A stretch of DNA of 64,000 nt from an uncultured delta proteobacterium (GTDB taxonomy: Bacteria > Desulfobacterota > Binatia > UBA9968): the NCBI GenBank assembly GCA_963804165.1, contig CAWDPO010000041.1, positions 64,001-128,000 of the forward strand. Direction: 5' to 3'. Made by a program: the position numbers and the translations under genes. Positions 40,824-51,111 of the stretch are shown here, in pieces; position 1 is the first letter of the stretch, and every line of letters starts with the position of its first letter. A model generated the notes under the pieces. It saw only the letters and a list, made by a program, of their open reading frames with translations. It was not told where the DNA came from and did not search any database.

Positions 40824-41951
40824 TTACTTTCTTTGCTCCAACGCTTGCTTGATGAGGTCGTCTACCGGCTTCATTTCCATCCAGCCTGGATTCCACATGA
40901 CAATGTAGTTCGCGCCGTCACGGCGCCGCATCATCGGCTGCACGTCGGTCTTGGGGATGTCGATTCTGAGCGAATCGTTTCTGCCGGCGCTTTCGGGGTC
41001 TCTTTGTACGGCGATCTGGCCTTCGCGGGAAAGCAGCCAGTTGAGCAAAACTTTGGCGGCGCTAGGATGTGCCGGTTTATCCATCAGGGCATAGGCTCCG
41101 GAAATCGGATCGAGTCCGACGCCTTCCTTCCAGCTCGTTGTGTCGAGGACTTGCACAGACAACCCTTGTTGTTTCGCATTCAGCGTGTCGTCGGTCTGGC
41201 TGAAAAGAAAAATCGTGTAGCGCTTTTGCGCCAGCCAGTCGGTCGCCTGGCGGTAGTCGCGCGAAAACACCAAGTCCATCTCGCCGAGAAGACGCCGCAG
41301 ATACAGTGGCCCGAGGTCCGGATTGTAATAGAGAAAGCGCGAGCCATTGCGTCCCTCGCCCGTTCTGGGATCGGTGGCGACGATTTTGCCCTTCCATTTT
41401 GGCTGGAGCAGATCCCAGTAGGATTTGAATTCCGCAGGATTGACGAGGTCGGTGTTGTAGCTGGCGAAGCGCAAGTAAACGCTGGCGCCGGAAACGAAAA
41501 GATGTTTGCCTTCGACATCCCCGTAATGGTGTTTGCCCTGCCACCATTTTGACGGATCGCGCACTTCGGGAAGAATGAGCGCCGAATCGATCGGCTGCAA
41601 CGTTTTTCCTCGGTACAGCGAATGGGCTGAAGTCAAGCCGCAGCGCACGACGTCGGCGAGGTGCTTTCCGGCGCGTCTTTCCGTCATGATGCGCGCAACG
41701 ATTTGGCTGCAAGATGCCGAGACGCTCGTCGTCTTTATTTTGGGAAACGTCCTATGAAACTCTTCGAGCAAACGATGGCTGCCGCTAGCTGAGTAAACGA
41801 CTTCTCCCTCTAGCTCCGCCGCTTTGACGACTTTTTCCCATTCGCTTTGCGAGACCGATTCGCCGGCGAGAGCGCTGCGAGCATGAAACGTCAGACTCAC
41901 GAAAAGGGCAAACCCTAAAACCCGGCAAACCGGCCAGCTTGCCCTGGTCAT
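40824..41951 (-). CDS. ABC extracellular solute-binding protein (Fe3+/thiamine-type)
   Basis: Signal peptide; AAELEGEV, YNTDLV, SYWDLLQPKWKGKI, AHPSAAKVLLNWLLSREGQ. Confidence 0.85.
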   Translation of the reverse strand: MTRASWPVCRVLGFALFVSLTFHARSALAGESVSQSEWEKVVKAAELEGEVVYSASGSHRLLEEFHRTFPKIKTTSVSASCSQIVARIMTERRAGKHLADVVRCGLTSAHSLYRGKTLQPIDSALILPEVRDPSKWWQGKHHYGDVEGKHLFVSGASVYLRFASYNTDLVNPAEFKSYWDLLQPKWKGKIVATDPRTGEGRNGSRFLYYNPDLGPLYLRRLLGEMDLVFSRDYRQATDWLAQKRYTIFLFSQTDDTLNAKQQGLSVQVLDTTSWKEGVGLDPISGAYALMDKPAHPSAAKVLLNWLLSREGQIAVQRDPESAGRNDSLRIDIPKTDVQPMMRRRDGANYIVMWNPGWMEMKPVDDLIKQALEQRK

Positions 41952-42232
41952 GACAAAAACCTTGCCGCTTTCTGATCGGAACATTGTCGGTGCTCTCAGT
42001 TTGATCGATCGAGCCGATGCCTCGAATCTACTTTCAGAACTCGGATGGCAAATGAGCGAGCTCGAATTTCTCGCCTTGCGAGGACATCTATATCATTCGG
42101 TCGGCAAACCGTGTCAAGAAATTCTGAAGCTCGGACAAAGTGATGCGCCGCAGACTTTCTCAGACGAGGAGATAAGGGATATGGGGAATGAGGGTGCGCT
42201 TTCTACTCTTTGTTTCTTTCGTCCGTGGTGGC

Positions 42233-43339
42233 TTAATCCAACAAGTCTTTCTCTTTGAGTTTTCTCGGCAAGTACGTCTTGGTCAGGTATTGAAAATCTT
42301 TGTTGGCGAGCGCGTCGAGCTCGAACTTGAGGCCGCTGGTGAGCATGCCTTTGATTTCATTCTGCCATTCTTTTTTCTGAAACCATTTGTACTTCATCAG
42401 TTCTTTGGCGCGGTTAACGTCTTTGTCGTTGAATTTGATGCCGACGTTGCGTGGCAGGCCGTAGCGCTCGGGGTCGGCGCTGGAGAAGCCGATGAACTTC
42501 GCCTTGGGGATAGCCATGCGCTGGCTTTCGAAGGCGAGGTTGATCGAGCCCTGTTTGACGACGGAGTAGATGTAGTAGCCCCAGGGATCGTTGTCGACGA
42601 GGACGTAAACTGGAAGCTTGTATTCTTCGTGCAGCCGCCGCGCCAGGCGGCGCACGCCGCGCGGCGGTTGGCCGTTGCCGGTGAGAAGAATGCAGTTGTA
42701 GCGTCGCCAAAATTTATCTTCCGACAGACGGTTCCACTGGGTGCCTTTTTCGACCAGCAGGACGAAGTCCGCGGTGCACTTGCTGATCTGAATATATTCC
42801 GGCTCGACGATGGACGGCACCGAGTAGCCGCCTTTGCCGAGCCGCGTGCAGTCCACTCGGTCGCCGTCGTCGACGATCACTAGCGGCCCGACGACCGTGC
42901 CGGAGTTTTCCGCGCGCACGTGCAGCTCTTCGCGCAGCGCTTCGAGAGTGACTTCGAGATCTTCGATCAGCGGGTCCGATTCGTTCTGGCCGTCGAAAGT
43001 GTTTTCGTGCGAGTTCTTGATCGTGTGCTTGGTGCGGTAGTAAATTTCCCGCAGCGACGTCGTCAGGTTGGCGCGCTGAAGCTCGGCGAGGGCATCGGCC
43101 ACGAGCACCGTCTGCATGAACTTTTTCGCCATGCCGACATTGAAAAACGTGCGCGCCTGCTTCCGCCGCCCCATCTCGATGATGCCGCGTTTCGCGTTGA
43201 AGTTGACGTTGGCCAGGCTGCGCACGGGAATCGCCAGCGCCGGATCCTGGCTGCGCTGCGCCGCGCTAATCACGACGTCGGCGACGCCGATGAGTTTCTT
43301 CTCGACCGCTCCGTTATTTTTTGGCTTTTTTTGCGCCAT
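42233..43339 (-). CDS. top6A: DNA topoisomerase VI subunit A (Spo11 homolog)
   Basis: LREIYY catalytic Tyr, LVEK and DNDPWG TOPRIM motifs, TGNGQP, ELDAL, YLPRK. Confidence 0.92.
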   Translation of the reverse strand: MAQKKPKNNGAVEKKLIGVADVVISAAQRSQDPALAIPVRSLANVNFNAKRGIIEMGRRKQARTFFNVGMAKKFMQTVLVADALAELQRANLTTSLREIYYRTKHTIKNSHENTFDGQNESDPLIEDLEVTLEALREELHVRAENSGTVVGPLVIVDDGDRVDCTRLGKGGYSVPSIVEPEYIQISKCTADFVLLVEKGTQWNRLSEDKFWRRYNCILLTGNGQPPRGVRRLARRLHEEYKLPVYVLVDNDPWGYYIYSVVKQGSINLAFESQRMAIPKAKFIGFSSADPERYGLPRNVGIKFNDKDVNRAKELMKYKWFQKKEWQNEIKGMLTSGLKFELDALANKDFQYLTKTYLPRKLKEKDLLD

Positions 43340-45396
43340 GTTTCTTTCCTATCTTTTGGCTGCGTTTTGCGCCGGTTCCTGCCTTTTCAAAACCCAAAGT
43401 CATTTGCTTCGCGCCGCGCTGCGTTCGACTTTCGCCTGATTCTTGCGGCGCGTCATTTTGGACTTGGCAGTATTCGGAAGTCTTGGCAGACTTCGCCTTC
43501 CCCTTCAGCCGGCCGGCGCCGCCGATTCGTCCATTCGAGCGGAGTTCTTCCGACCCTGCGTCATCGTTGCGGTCGTCGCCGGGCAAAACCGGCGCTTCGC
43601 CTTCGGTGCCTTCGGCGGTGACGATGATCGAGTGCGGCAGACCTTCGGGTCCGCCGCCGTCATGCCCGAGAATCTCATCGGTTTTCTCGCCGCCAGTCCG
43701 TCTCGATGGCGATCTTTTGCAGCTGGTTCTTTGAGCTTTTCTTTGGCGAGCTTACCGCCTTTCAGGCGGTTGCACGCTTCGACGACTTCTTCGATATAGA
43801 GCTCGAAGATATTGCGCCGGCGAAACTCGCCCTTGGCGCGCTCCCGCCGCCGCAGAAAAACGCCGAGCCGCCGGCCGCATTCTTGCAGAGCGAGTTTGAT
43901 TTCTTTTCTGATCTCGTCGTAGTCGGCGATCGCTTCTTTCGACTCGCTCGTGAACGGCACCCAGACCGACGCCATATGGACGAAGATCACCATCGGCCCG
44001 GCGGGCAGGGCGCCCCTGGATTGCGCCACGCCGTAGTTGCGCCAAGTGGTGTCGAGCACCGCTTTGAAGGTCGCGCAGGCGGACTGCTGGTAGAGCAGCG
44101 GCACGCGGTTGGCGTAACGAATGACACGCGCCAGCTCATCGTCGTCGTCGTGACTCTCTCCTTCAGCGAGCGGCTCCTTCGGCTGTTCGGGTTTGCCCGC
44201 CGCTTGTTCCGGTGCTTTGCCGAAAGCCAGGCCCGCTTCGATGACAAACGGATTGCCGCGGTAGACTGCCGGCGGCCGCGTCACGGCGGTGTAGAAATCG
44301 CCTTTGATCTGTTTATACAGGCCGTGCAGGATCGCTTTCTCGCCTATGGGCGAGATGCAGTTGCTCGGCGGCGCCATGATCTTGGTGGATTGAATTGCCT
44401 TATAAAATGTCTCGGCGGCGGCGCCGTGAAGATTTCTTGGCCGGGAATCGGGCGATAGCTTGGCTGTCTTGCAAATTTCCTGGCGCGAGATTGGATGAAA
44501 CTCGGCTAAACTCGCTCGACAGAAATCCCGAGAGCGAGTGGCTCTTGGTATCGTGGAGCATTTTCAGCATCATGCCGAATTCGATGCCATAAGGATGCGG
44601 TTTGATCTCACGCGGCTGTGGCGGCAACTCTTGAATGGTCCGGGGATATTCTTTGGTCTCTCCCTCCGGCGTGTGGTAGACGACCTTGACGTGCGGATTG
44701 GCAATCGCGACCTGCTCGAGATATTCGTCTACGGAGGCGCGACCCTTTTGGTAGCGTCCCTCGATTTCGAAGCTCACCTGGGTTCCCCGATGATTTTCCC
44801 ATTCAATCTGCTTTTGTTCGAAGATCCGCGGCTCGTTTTTTTTGGTATCGATCTGCACTTCGAAGTAGTGCGCCGGCGCGCGCGCGCCGGTGCGCGAGAT
44901 GATCTGCACCGGCTTGCCGGTGGTCAGTTGTGCGTACATGCCGGCGGCGGATATGCCGATGCCCTGCTGACCGCGGCTCATGCGCAAGCGATGGAATTTG
45001 GAGCCGTAAAGCAGCTTGGCAAAGATCCGCGGGATCTGCTGGCGGACGATGCCCGGGCCGTAGTCGATGACGGTCACACGGAAGCGGGTTCGCCTGACTC
45101 GGCGCCGGCGCGGCGCCGCCGTTCGACGCGACCTCGAGGTTGACCACGACTTCAGGTAATATTCCCGCTTCTTCGCACGCATCGAGCGCGTTATCGACGG
45201 CTTCCTTGACGCAAGTGAGTAGAGCTTTGCGTGGATTGTCGAAGCCGAGCAAGTGGCGGTTCTTGGTGAAAAATTCCGAAACCGAGATCTCGCGTTGGCG
45301 AGCGCCCATCTCGGCAGCGGACAGAATGGTCTTCGATTTTGGCTCGGCAGGTTGATCGCTTGCTGAGTCGTTGGTTTTCAACATCGGTTTCGACAT
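43314..45396 (-). CDS. top6B: DNA topoisomerase VI subunit B (GHKL ATPase), several frameshifts
   Basis: [66 protein letters not shown] across four frames. Confidence 0.9.
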
Positions 45397-45749
45397 TAGA
45401 GGATCTCCATAGCATCAGGTTTCGTTCAGCCGTCAGGAACCGGGAGAGCCGGGTGGAATAGCACGCACACGAGGGCCCTTCGCTCTTCCAAGCCTCCCAT
45501 ACCCCAACCCTCGATCACGGCGAACAGTTAGATCTCCAGTTGCAAGAGAGCACCGGTCATGACGGCTTTGTATCCGCGGACAGACTTTTCATGAATGAAT
45601 GAATGATAGTGGTGTAAAACCAATGTTATTATAGCAGAGACGACGAGCTTTTGCAGCGCTGAGCGGAAAATTGTCGCGCCCATGGTGTTTGCACCCCATC
45701 TCGATATCCGTTAATTTTAGCTTTTGGCATCTCAGATTCGGATACGTTC

Positions 45750-47025
45750 TTGGCTTTATCCAGCAATAAGCAACAAGCGCCCTCCGCATCCGGTTCGGAA
45801 AAGAAAATTGCTTTTGCGGCCCTGCAGCATCGCGATTTTCGCGGCTTTTTCTTCACCACGATGCTCGCCATGATGGCGGACAACATCGAGCATGTAATCA
45901 GTTATTGGGTGCTGTTCCAAAAATTTCAGTCTCCTGTTCTCGCCGGCTTCGCCGTAATCAGCCACTGGACGCCGTTTTTGTTTTTGTCTGTCTATTTCGG
46001 CGGCTTGGCCGATCGCCATGATTGCCGCAGACTGATTCAAATTGCGCAGATCATGTATATGTTCGTGTCGGCAGCCTGGGCGTATTTCTTTTTTACCGGC
46101 ACGATAGAGATTTGGCATGCGTGCGTCTTGCTCGTCATTCACGGCATCGCCGGTGTATTCTGGACGCCCGCTGAGCAGTTGATCATTCACGACATCGTCG
46201 GCGCGGACGATCTGCCGAGCGCGGTGCGTTTAAATGCCACGAGCCGGCAATTCGGCATTCTTTTTGGGCCGGCAGTCGGCGGCGGATTGATGCTGTGGCT
46301 TGGCGCACCTGCTGGCCTGGTGGTGAATGCGTTAATCTATGTGCCATTAACGATCTGGCTGGTGGTTGTCCCTTACACTGGTCATACGCGGGAGGGCATG
46401 TCGCGTGCGGCGCATTGCGTTGGCGTGATGCCTTCGAGGTCATTCGCGAATATTGCGAGAACCGTCCGATCGTGACCATGATCGTACTCGGCGGCGCGGC
46501 GTCGCTATTCGTCGGCAACGCGTTTCAAGCAAACATGCCGGAGTTCGCACATGACCTCGGCACAGAAAAAGCGGATTTCGCGTACAGCGCATTGTTCGCG
46601 GCCAACGCCGCTGGCTCGGTGTTCGGAGGTTTTGTACTCGATGCCAAGGCGTGGCTGCCACCGACGGTGAAATCGGCGATCTCTTGCGCGATTCTCTGGT
46701 GTTTGACGATGACCGCTTTTGCTTTTTCACCAGTTATCCCTTGTCACTGGTTCTGCTTTTTCTCGCAGGCGCGTTAAACCTCGCATTCTATTCGATTGCG
46801 CAAACGATCGTGCAATTAGAAGCGCCCGTGGCATTGCGCGGCCGGCTGATCGGGCTCTTTTCCATGTCAGCGTATGGTCTACGTGCTTTTAGCGGCCTGA
46901 CGGTCGGCGTAATCGGCGGTTTCATCGGCATTCACTGGTCGCTGGCTTTAAGCTCAATGACTCTTCTCGCCGTCACTGTGGCACTCCTCACTTTCGCCTC
47001 GCAGGGACAAAGCAGCAAAGGCTAG
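45750..47025 (+). CDS. MFS transporter (MFS_3/EntS-like), paralog 1, frameshifted
   Basis: AFAAL..RDFR, DNIEHVISYW, GGLADR, SAVRLN, GPAVGG, LRGRLIG. Confidence 0.8.
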
Positions 47026-47089
47026 GTGAAAGTGGCGCCACTATTCCGGCGAAAATCGGTAATTCGCGCCATAAAGTCCAAGGAAAAGG

Positions 47090-47144
47090 CCCTTCGCTTA
47101 CGCTCAGGGTGACTCACTCCCAGTTTTAAACTGGGAGTGAGTCA
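47090..47144. repeat. REP-like unit fused to a perfect 17-bp inverted repeat
   Basis: CCCTTCGCTTACGCTCAGGGTGAC overlapping TGACTCACTCCCAGTTT-T-AAACTGGGAGTGAGTCA (47110-47144). Confidence 0.75.
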
Positions 47145-47208
47145 GTTTGCACGGCTCTCCAAGATCCGTTACTGTCAGCGATTAACCCCAGCGATTTCGG
47201 AGACAACA

Positions 47209-48509
47209 GTGGCACCCACGAATCAATAGAGGCACAGCAACTCCGACTGGTTCGCACAAGAAAATCGCCTTCGCCGCGCTCCATAATAAAGATTTTCGCG
47301 ATTACTTCATTGGCACGATGCTGGCGATGATGGCCGACAATATCGAGCATGTGATCAGCTATTGGTTGCTCTACAGAAATTTCAATCGCCAACGCTCGCC
47401 GGGTTCGCCGTGCTGGGCCACTGGACGCCGTTTTTGCTTTTCGCCGTCTACTTCGGCGCGCTCGCGGATCGCTTCGACTGCCGGAAAGTCATCCAGGTCG
47501 CGCAAATCATGTACATGGGAGTTTCGGCGACGTGGGCGTTTTTGTTTTTTACCGATACGATTCAAGTCTGGCATGCTTGCGTTCTGCTGGTGATTCACGG
47601 CATGGCGGGAGTGCTCTGGGGGCCGGGGAGCCAACTATTGATTCACGACATCGTCGGCCCCGAACATCTGCAAAGCGCCGTCCGGCTAAACTCTACGAGT
47701 CGGCAACTGGGCGTTCTTTTCGGTCCTGCGGTGGGCGGCGGGCTGATGCTGTTGTTGAGTCCGGCGATGGGTTTGGTGGTGAATACTCTGATCTATTTGC
47801 CATTGACGATCTGGTTGTGGACCGTGCCTTATACCGGCCATAGCCGCGAAGGGGTTGTGCCGGCGCGGCGCGCCCTCAGCTGGCGCGACGCCTTCGAGAT
47901 CGTCCGCGAGGTATCTGGTAACCGGCCGATTATCACGATGATCGTACTGGCGGGCTGCGTGTCATTCTTTGTCGGCACCGCGTTCCAGGCGACCATGCCG
48001 GAGTTCGCCCATGACCTCGGGGCTGAGAAAGCCGACTTCGCTTACAGCGCGCTGCTTGCCGCCAATGCTGCCGGCGCGGTGATCGGTGGTTTCTTGCTCG
48101 AGGGCCGCGGCTGGCTTCCGCCGCGCGTCCAAACCGCGATGATCAGCGCGATCCTTTGGTGCGTCGCCATCGCCAGATTCGCGCTCTCGTCCAATTATTT
48201 ATCCTCGTTGACTACTGTTCCTGGCCGGAGTGTTGAATCTGACCTTTTCTTCAATGGGGCAGACGATCGTACAACTGCTGTCCCCGCCGCGGCTGCGCGG
48301 CCGCTTGATCGGGCTTGTTCGCTATGGCGAGCATGGGCCTCAAAGCTTTTAGCGGTTTGACCGTCGGGGTCTTGGGCGGTTTGATCGGCGTGCACTGGTC
48401 GCTGGCAGCGAGCGCGATGGCGTTGTTGACCGTAACCGTCGCACTGTTTGCTTTTGCTCTCCCTGGCAGCGCCACGAAGAGCTCAACTAAAGCCGAACCA
48501 TACGTGTGA
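47209..48509 (+). CDS. MFS transporter, paralog 2, frameshifted; start approximate
   Basis: Same motifs as paralogs 1 and 3 across several frames; stop overlaps the paralog 3 start (GTGA). Confidence 0.78.
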
Positions 48510-49789
48510 ATCCAACTTCTGCGAGCAACGTTTCGTCAGCGATCCCAGAGCGCAAAGTAGCATTTGCGGCACTGCATCATCGAGACTATCGAAGATATTT
48601 CTTCGTGATCATGATGTCGCAGATGGGCGACAATATCGAGCACGTGATCAGTTACTGGCTGCTCTACCAGAAATTTCACTCGCCGGTACTCGCCGGTTTT
48701 GCGGTCATCAGTCACTGGACGCCGTTTTTGTTTTTCGCGGTTTATTTCGGCGCCCTCGCCGACCGGCACGATTGCCGCCGCGTGATCCAAACCGCACAGG
48801 TGATATATGCCAGCGTGTCGCTCATTTGGGGCATTTTGTTTCTCACCGACACGATTCAGGTATGGCATGCGTGCGTTCTCCTGGTGATGCATGGCATGGC
48901 CGGTGTGTTGGGCAGCCCCGGCAGCCAGCTGATCATCCATGACATTGTCGGGCGCGAGTACTTGCAGAGCGCGGTCAGGCTCAATTCTACGGGACGAAAT
49001 ATCGCCGTGCTCTTCGGACCAGCGGTGGGCGGCGCGACGATGTTGATTTTCGGAGCGCCGGCGGGACTGTTTATCAACGTGTTCATGTACCTGCCGATGA
49101 TCGTCTTCATGTTCATCCTGCCCTATACCGGTCACGGTCGCGACGACGCGGGCAGCGGCCGGGCGCCGCGCTTTAGCCTGAGCGGCGCGTTGCAATTGAT
49201 GCGCGAGACGGCGGCGAATCCAACGATACTTTCTATGATCCTTCTCGGCGGCGCGACTTCGTTGCTCGTCGGCAACGCGTTTCAAGCGCAAATGCCGGGA
49301 TTTGCCCATGACTTCGGGCATGAGAGACAGGATTGGGCTTATAGTATTTTACTTGGCGCCAACGCCGGCGGCGCCGCGATCGGTGGCCTGTTATTGGAAG
49401 GCACCGGCATGCTGCGGCCGAACGCGCGCAACGCGGCGATTTGCTCGATCCTTTGGTGTCTAGCGATCGTCGGTTTCGCAGCGTCGACGAATTACCTCTT
49501 GGCCATCGCGCTGCTATTCTGTGCGGGATTCCTCAATTTGACTTTTCTCTCGATGGCACAAACGTTGGTGCAACTGCAGGCGCCGACCCAACTGCGCGGG
49601 CGCTTGATCGGTTTGTTCAACATGTCCAACAACGGCTTGCGCGCGTTCAGCGGCGTGACCGTCGGCGTCATCGGCGGCTTGATCGGTATCCACTGGTCGC
49701 TGGCGCTCAGCGCGATGATCCTTCTCGCGGTGACGATCGCGTTGTTTGCGTTCGTGATTCCCGGGCGGAGTGGCAGTGAGTTGACCTGA
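48506..49789 (+). CDS. MFS transporter, paralog 3 (intact)
   Basis: 427 aa, ~12 hydrophobic segments, GALADR, LRGRLIG. Confidence 0.88.
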   Translation: MNPTSASNVSSAIPERKVAFAALHHRDYRRYFFVIMMSQMGDNIEHVISYWLLYQKFHSPVLAGFAVISHWTPFLFFAVYFGALADRHDCRRVIQTAQVIYASVSLIWGILFLTDTIQVWHACVLLVMHGMAGVLGSPGSQLIIHDIVGREYLQSAVRLNSTGRNIAVLFGPAVGGATMLIFGAPAGLFINVFMYLPMIVFMFILPYTGHGRDDAGSGRAPRFSLSGALQLMRETAANPTILSMILLGGATSLLVGNAFQAQMPGFAHDFGHERQDWAYSILLGANAGGAAIGGLLLEGTGMLRPNARNAAICSILWCLAIVGFAASTNYLLAIALLFCAGFLNLTFLSMAQTLVQLQAPTQLRGRLIGLFNMSNNGLRAFSGVTVGVIGGLIGIHWSLALSAMILLAVTIALFAFVIPGRSGSELT

Positions 49790-49804
49790 ACGGAAAGACT
49801 TCCT

Positions 49805-50005
49805 ACCACGAAGGACACAAAAATCGGAGGTATTTCGTCCTTCGTGAGCTTCGTATTACTATGGTTGAAATTTTGCGCGGCTTGCGCAAAGCGGTGAATT
49901 CGAATCCGAGGGCGACCGCCGGTCGCCCCTACGTATGCGCTTTTTGCGACTAAATCCTTCTTTTCCTTGTTTGCGGCGTAGCCGCGCTAGGTCCTTCGTA
50001 GTGTT
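49805..50005. repeat. Composite intergenic repeat including a GTAG-type REP
   Basis: ACCACGAAGGAC/GTCCTTCGTG arms; GAGGGCGACCGCCGGTCGCCCCTAC (49908-49932); related arms at 53378-53441. Confidence 0.65.
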
Positions 50006-50011
50006 TACCGA

Positions 50012-50992
50012 TTAACCCACCGCTTGGCGGCGCTTGTCCTGCGGCGCCATCGTGCCGCTGCGAAATTCATTGCGCTTCAGAACAGCATAGCTGTCGAGCA
50101 GCTGTTTTTGTTCCGCCTCGGAAATACCCAGTTGTGGGCGGCGTACTTTGGCGGTCTTGATCAGTCCTTCGTGCTGCAGGACGACCTTGATGCGGGCGAC
50201 CGCTTCGACGATCGGTTCGCTGAAAACGAGTTCCTTTACCGATTCGAGCTCTTTCTGGATCGCCGCGGCTTCCTCGGATTTTCCGGCGCGTCCGGCGATG
50301 TCCATGGCGCCCCATTTTTCCGTTGCAACGTTGGCGACGCCGATGAGCGCGCCGTTGGCGCCGAGGTGATAACTCTCGGCGACAAAGCGATCGTTGCCGG
50401 TGAGCACGCGCATCGCGGCTTTGTCGCGCTTGAGTGTCTGAACCGTTTCGGTGAACAGATTAATGTCGAACGAAGCTTCTTTGAACGCTACGACGTTTTC
50501 AAGACGCGCGATGCGGCAAACGGTGTCCGGATCGTAGTAGTAGCTTTTGACCGGCACCTGGAAAAGCACGATGGGCACCTTCGTTTCGCGCGCGAGATCC
50601 TCGAAGAAACGGACTTTCAGATTGGGATCCACCTTGCCCCAGGCGAAAAGCAGCGGCGGGAAAATCATAACGCCGTCGACGGGCAGGTTTTCCAGATCGC
50701 GTATCAGGCTGACCGCTTCGTCGGTCGATTGCGGCGAGATGGTGGCGATATGCATTTTGCCGGCGCCGTGCATAACTTTTCCGGAGACTTCGTAGACTCG
50801 GCTTTTCTCTTCGATGCTCAAGACGGGGCTTTCACCGATGCGGGCGCAGGAAACCAGGCCGGCGACGCTGCCGATTCCGGAGAAATGTTGTGTCAGGCGT
50901 GTTAGACTTTCCGTGTCGAGCGCGCCATCCTGATTAAATGGCGTTACATGAGGAATGAAAAGGCCGCTAAAACGTTCATGGATGGCTGACAT
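50012..50992 (-). CDS. Dihydrodipicolinate synthase/N-acetylneuraminate lyase family aldolase
   Basis: VTPF..DG.LD, GE...LS.EE, Schiff-base FKEAS, LTGND. Confidence 0.85.
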   Translation of the reverse strand: MSAIHERFSGLFIPHVTPFNQDGALDTESLTRLTQHFSGIGSVAGLVSCARIGESPVLSIEEKSRVYEVSGKVMHGAGKMHIATISPQSTDEAVSLIRDLENLPVDGVMIFPPLLFAWGKVDPNLKVRFFEDLARETKVPIVLFQVPVKSYYYDPDTVCRIARLENVVAFKEASFDINLFTETVQTLKRDKAAMRVLTGNDRFVAESYHLGANGALIGVANVATEKWGAMDIAGRAGKSEEAAAIQKELESVKELVFSEPIVEAVARIKVVLQHEGLIKTAKVRRPQLGISEAEQKQLLDSYAVLKRNEFRSGTMAPQDKRRQAVG

Positions 50993-51111
50993 TATTTCCT
51001 CCAGATTTCGGCGTTCAGTCCGGGTTTGAATGTATTGCTGGCATTAGTAGAACAGATTGCGGTATTAGTTCAAGCCGGCTAGCAGCACCGTTGTTTATTT
51101 GGCATGGCATT

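Noticed and set aside
43314-45396. Programmed frameshifting or true pseudogenisation of top6B and other split genes
   Set aside because: Several shifts per gene, no consistent slippery site, and the same pattern in unrelated genes; sequencing error is more parsimonious
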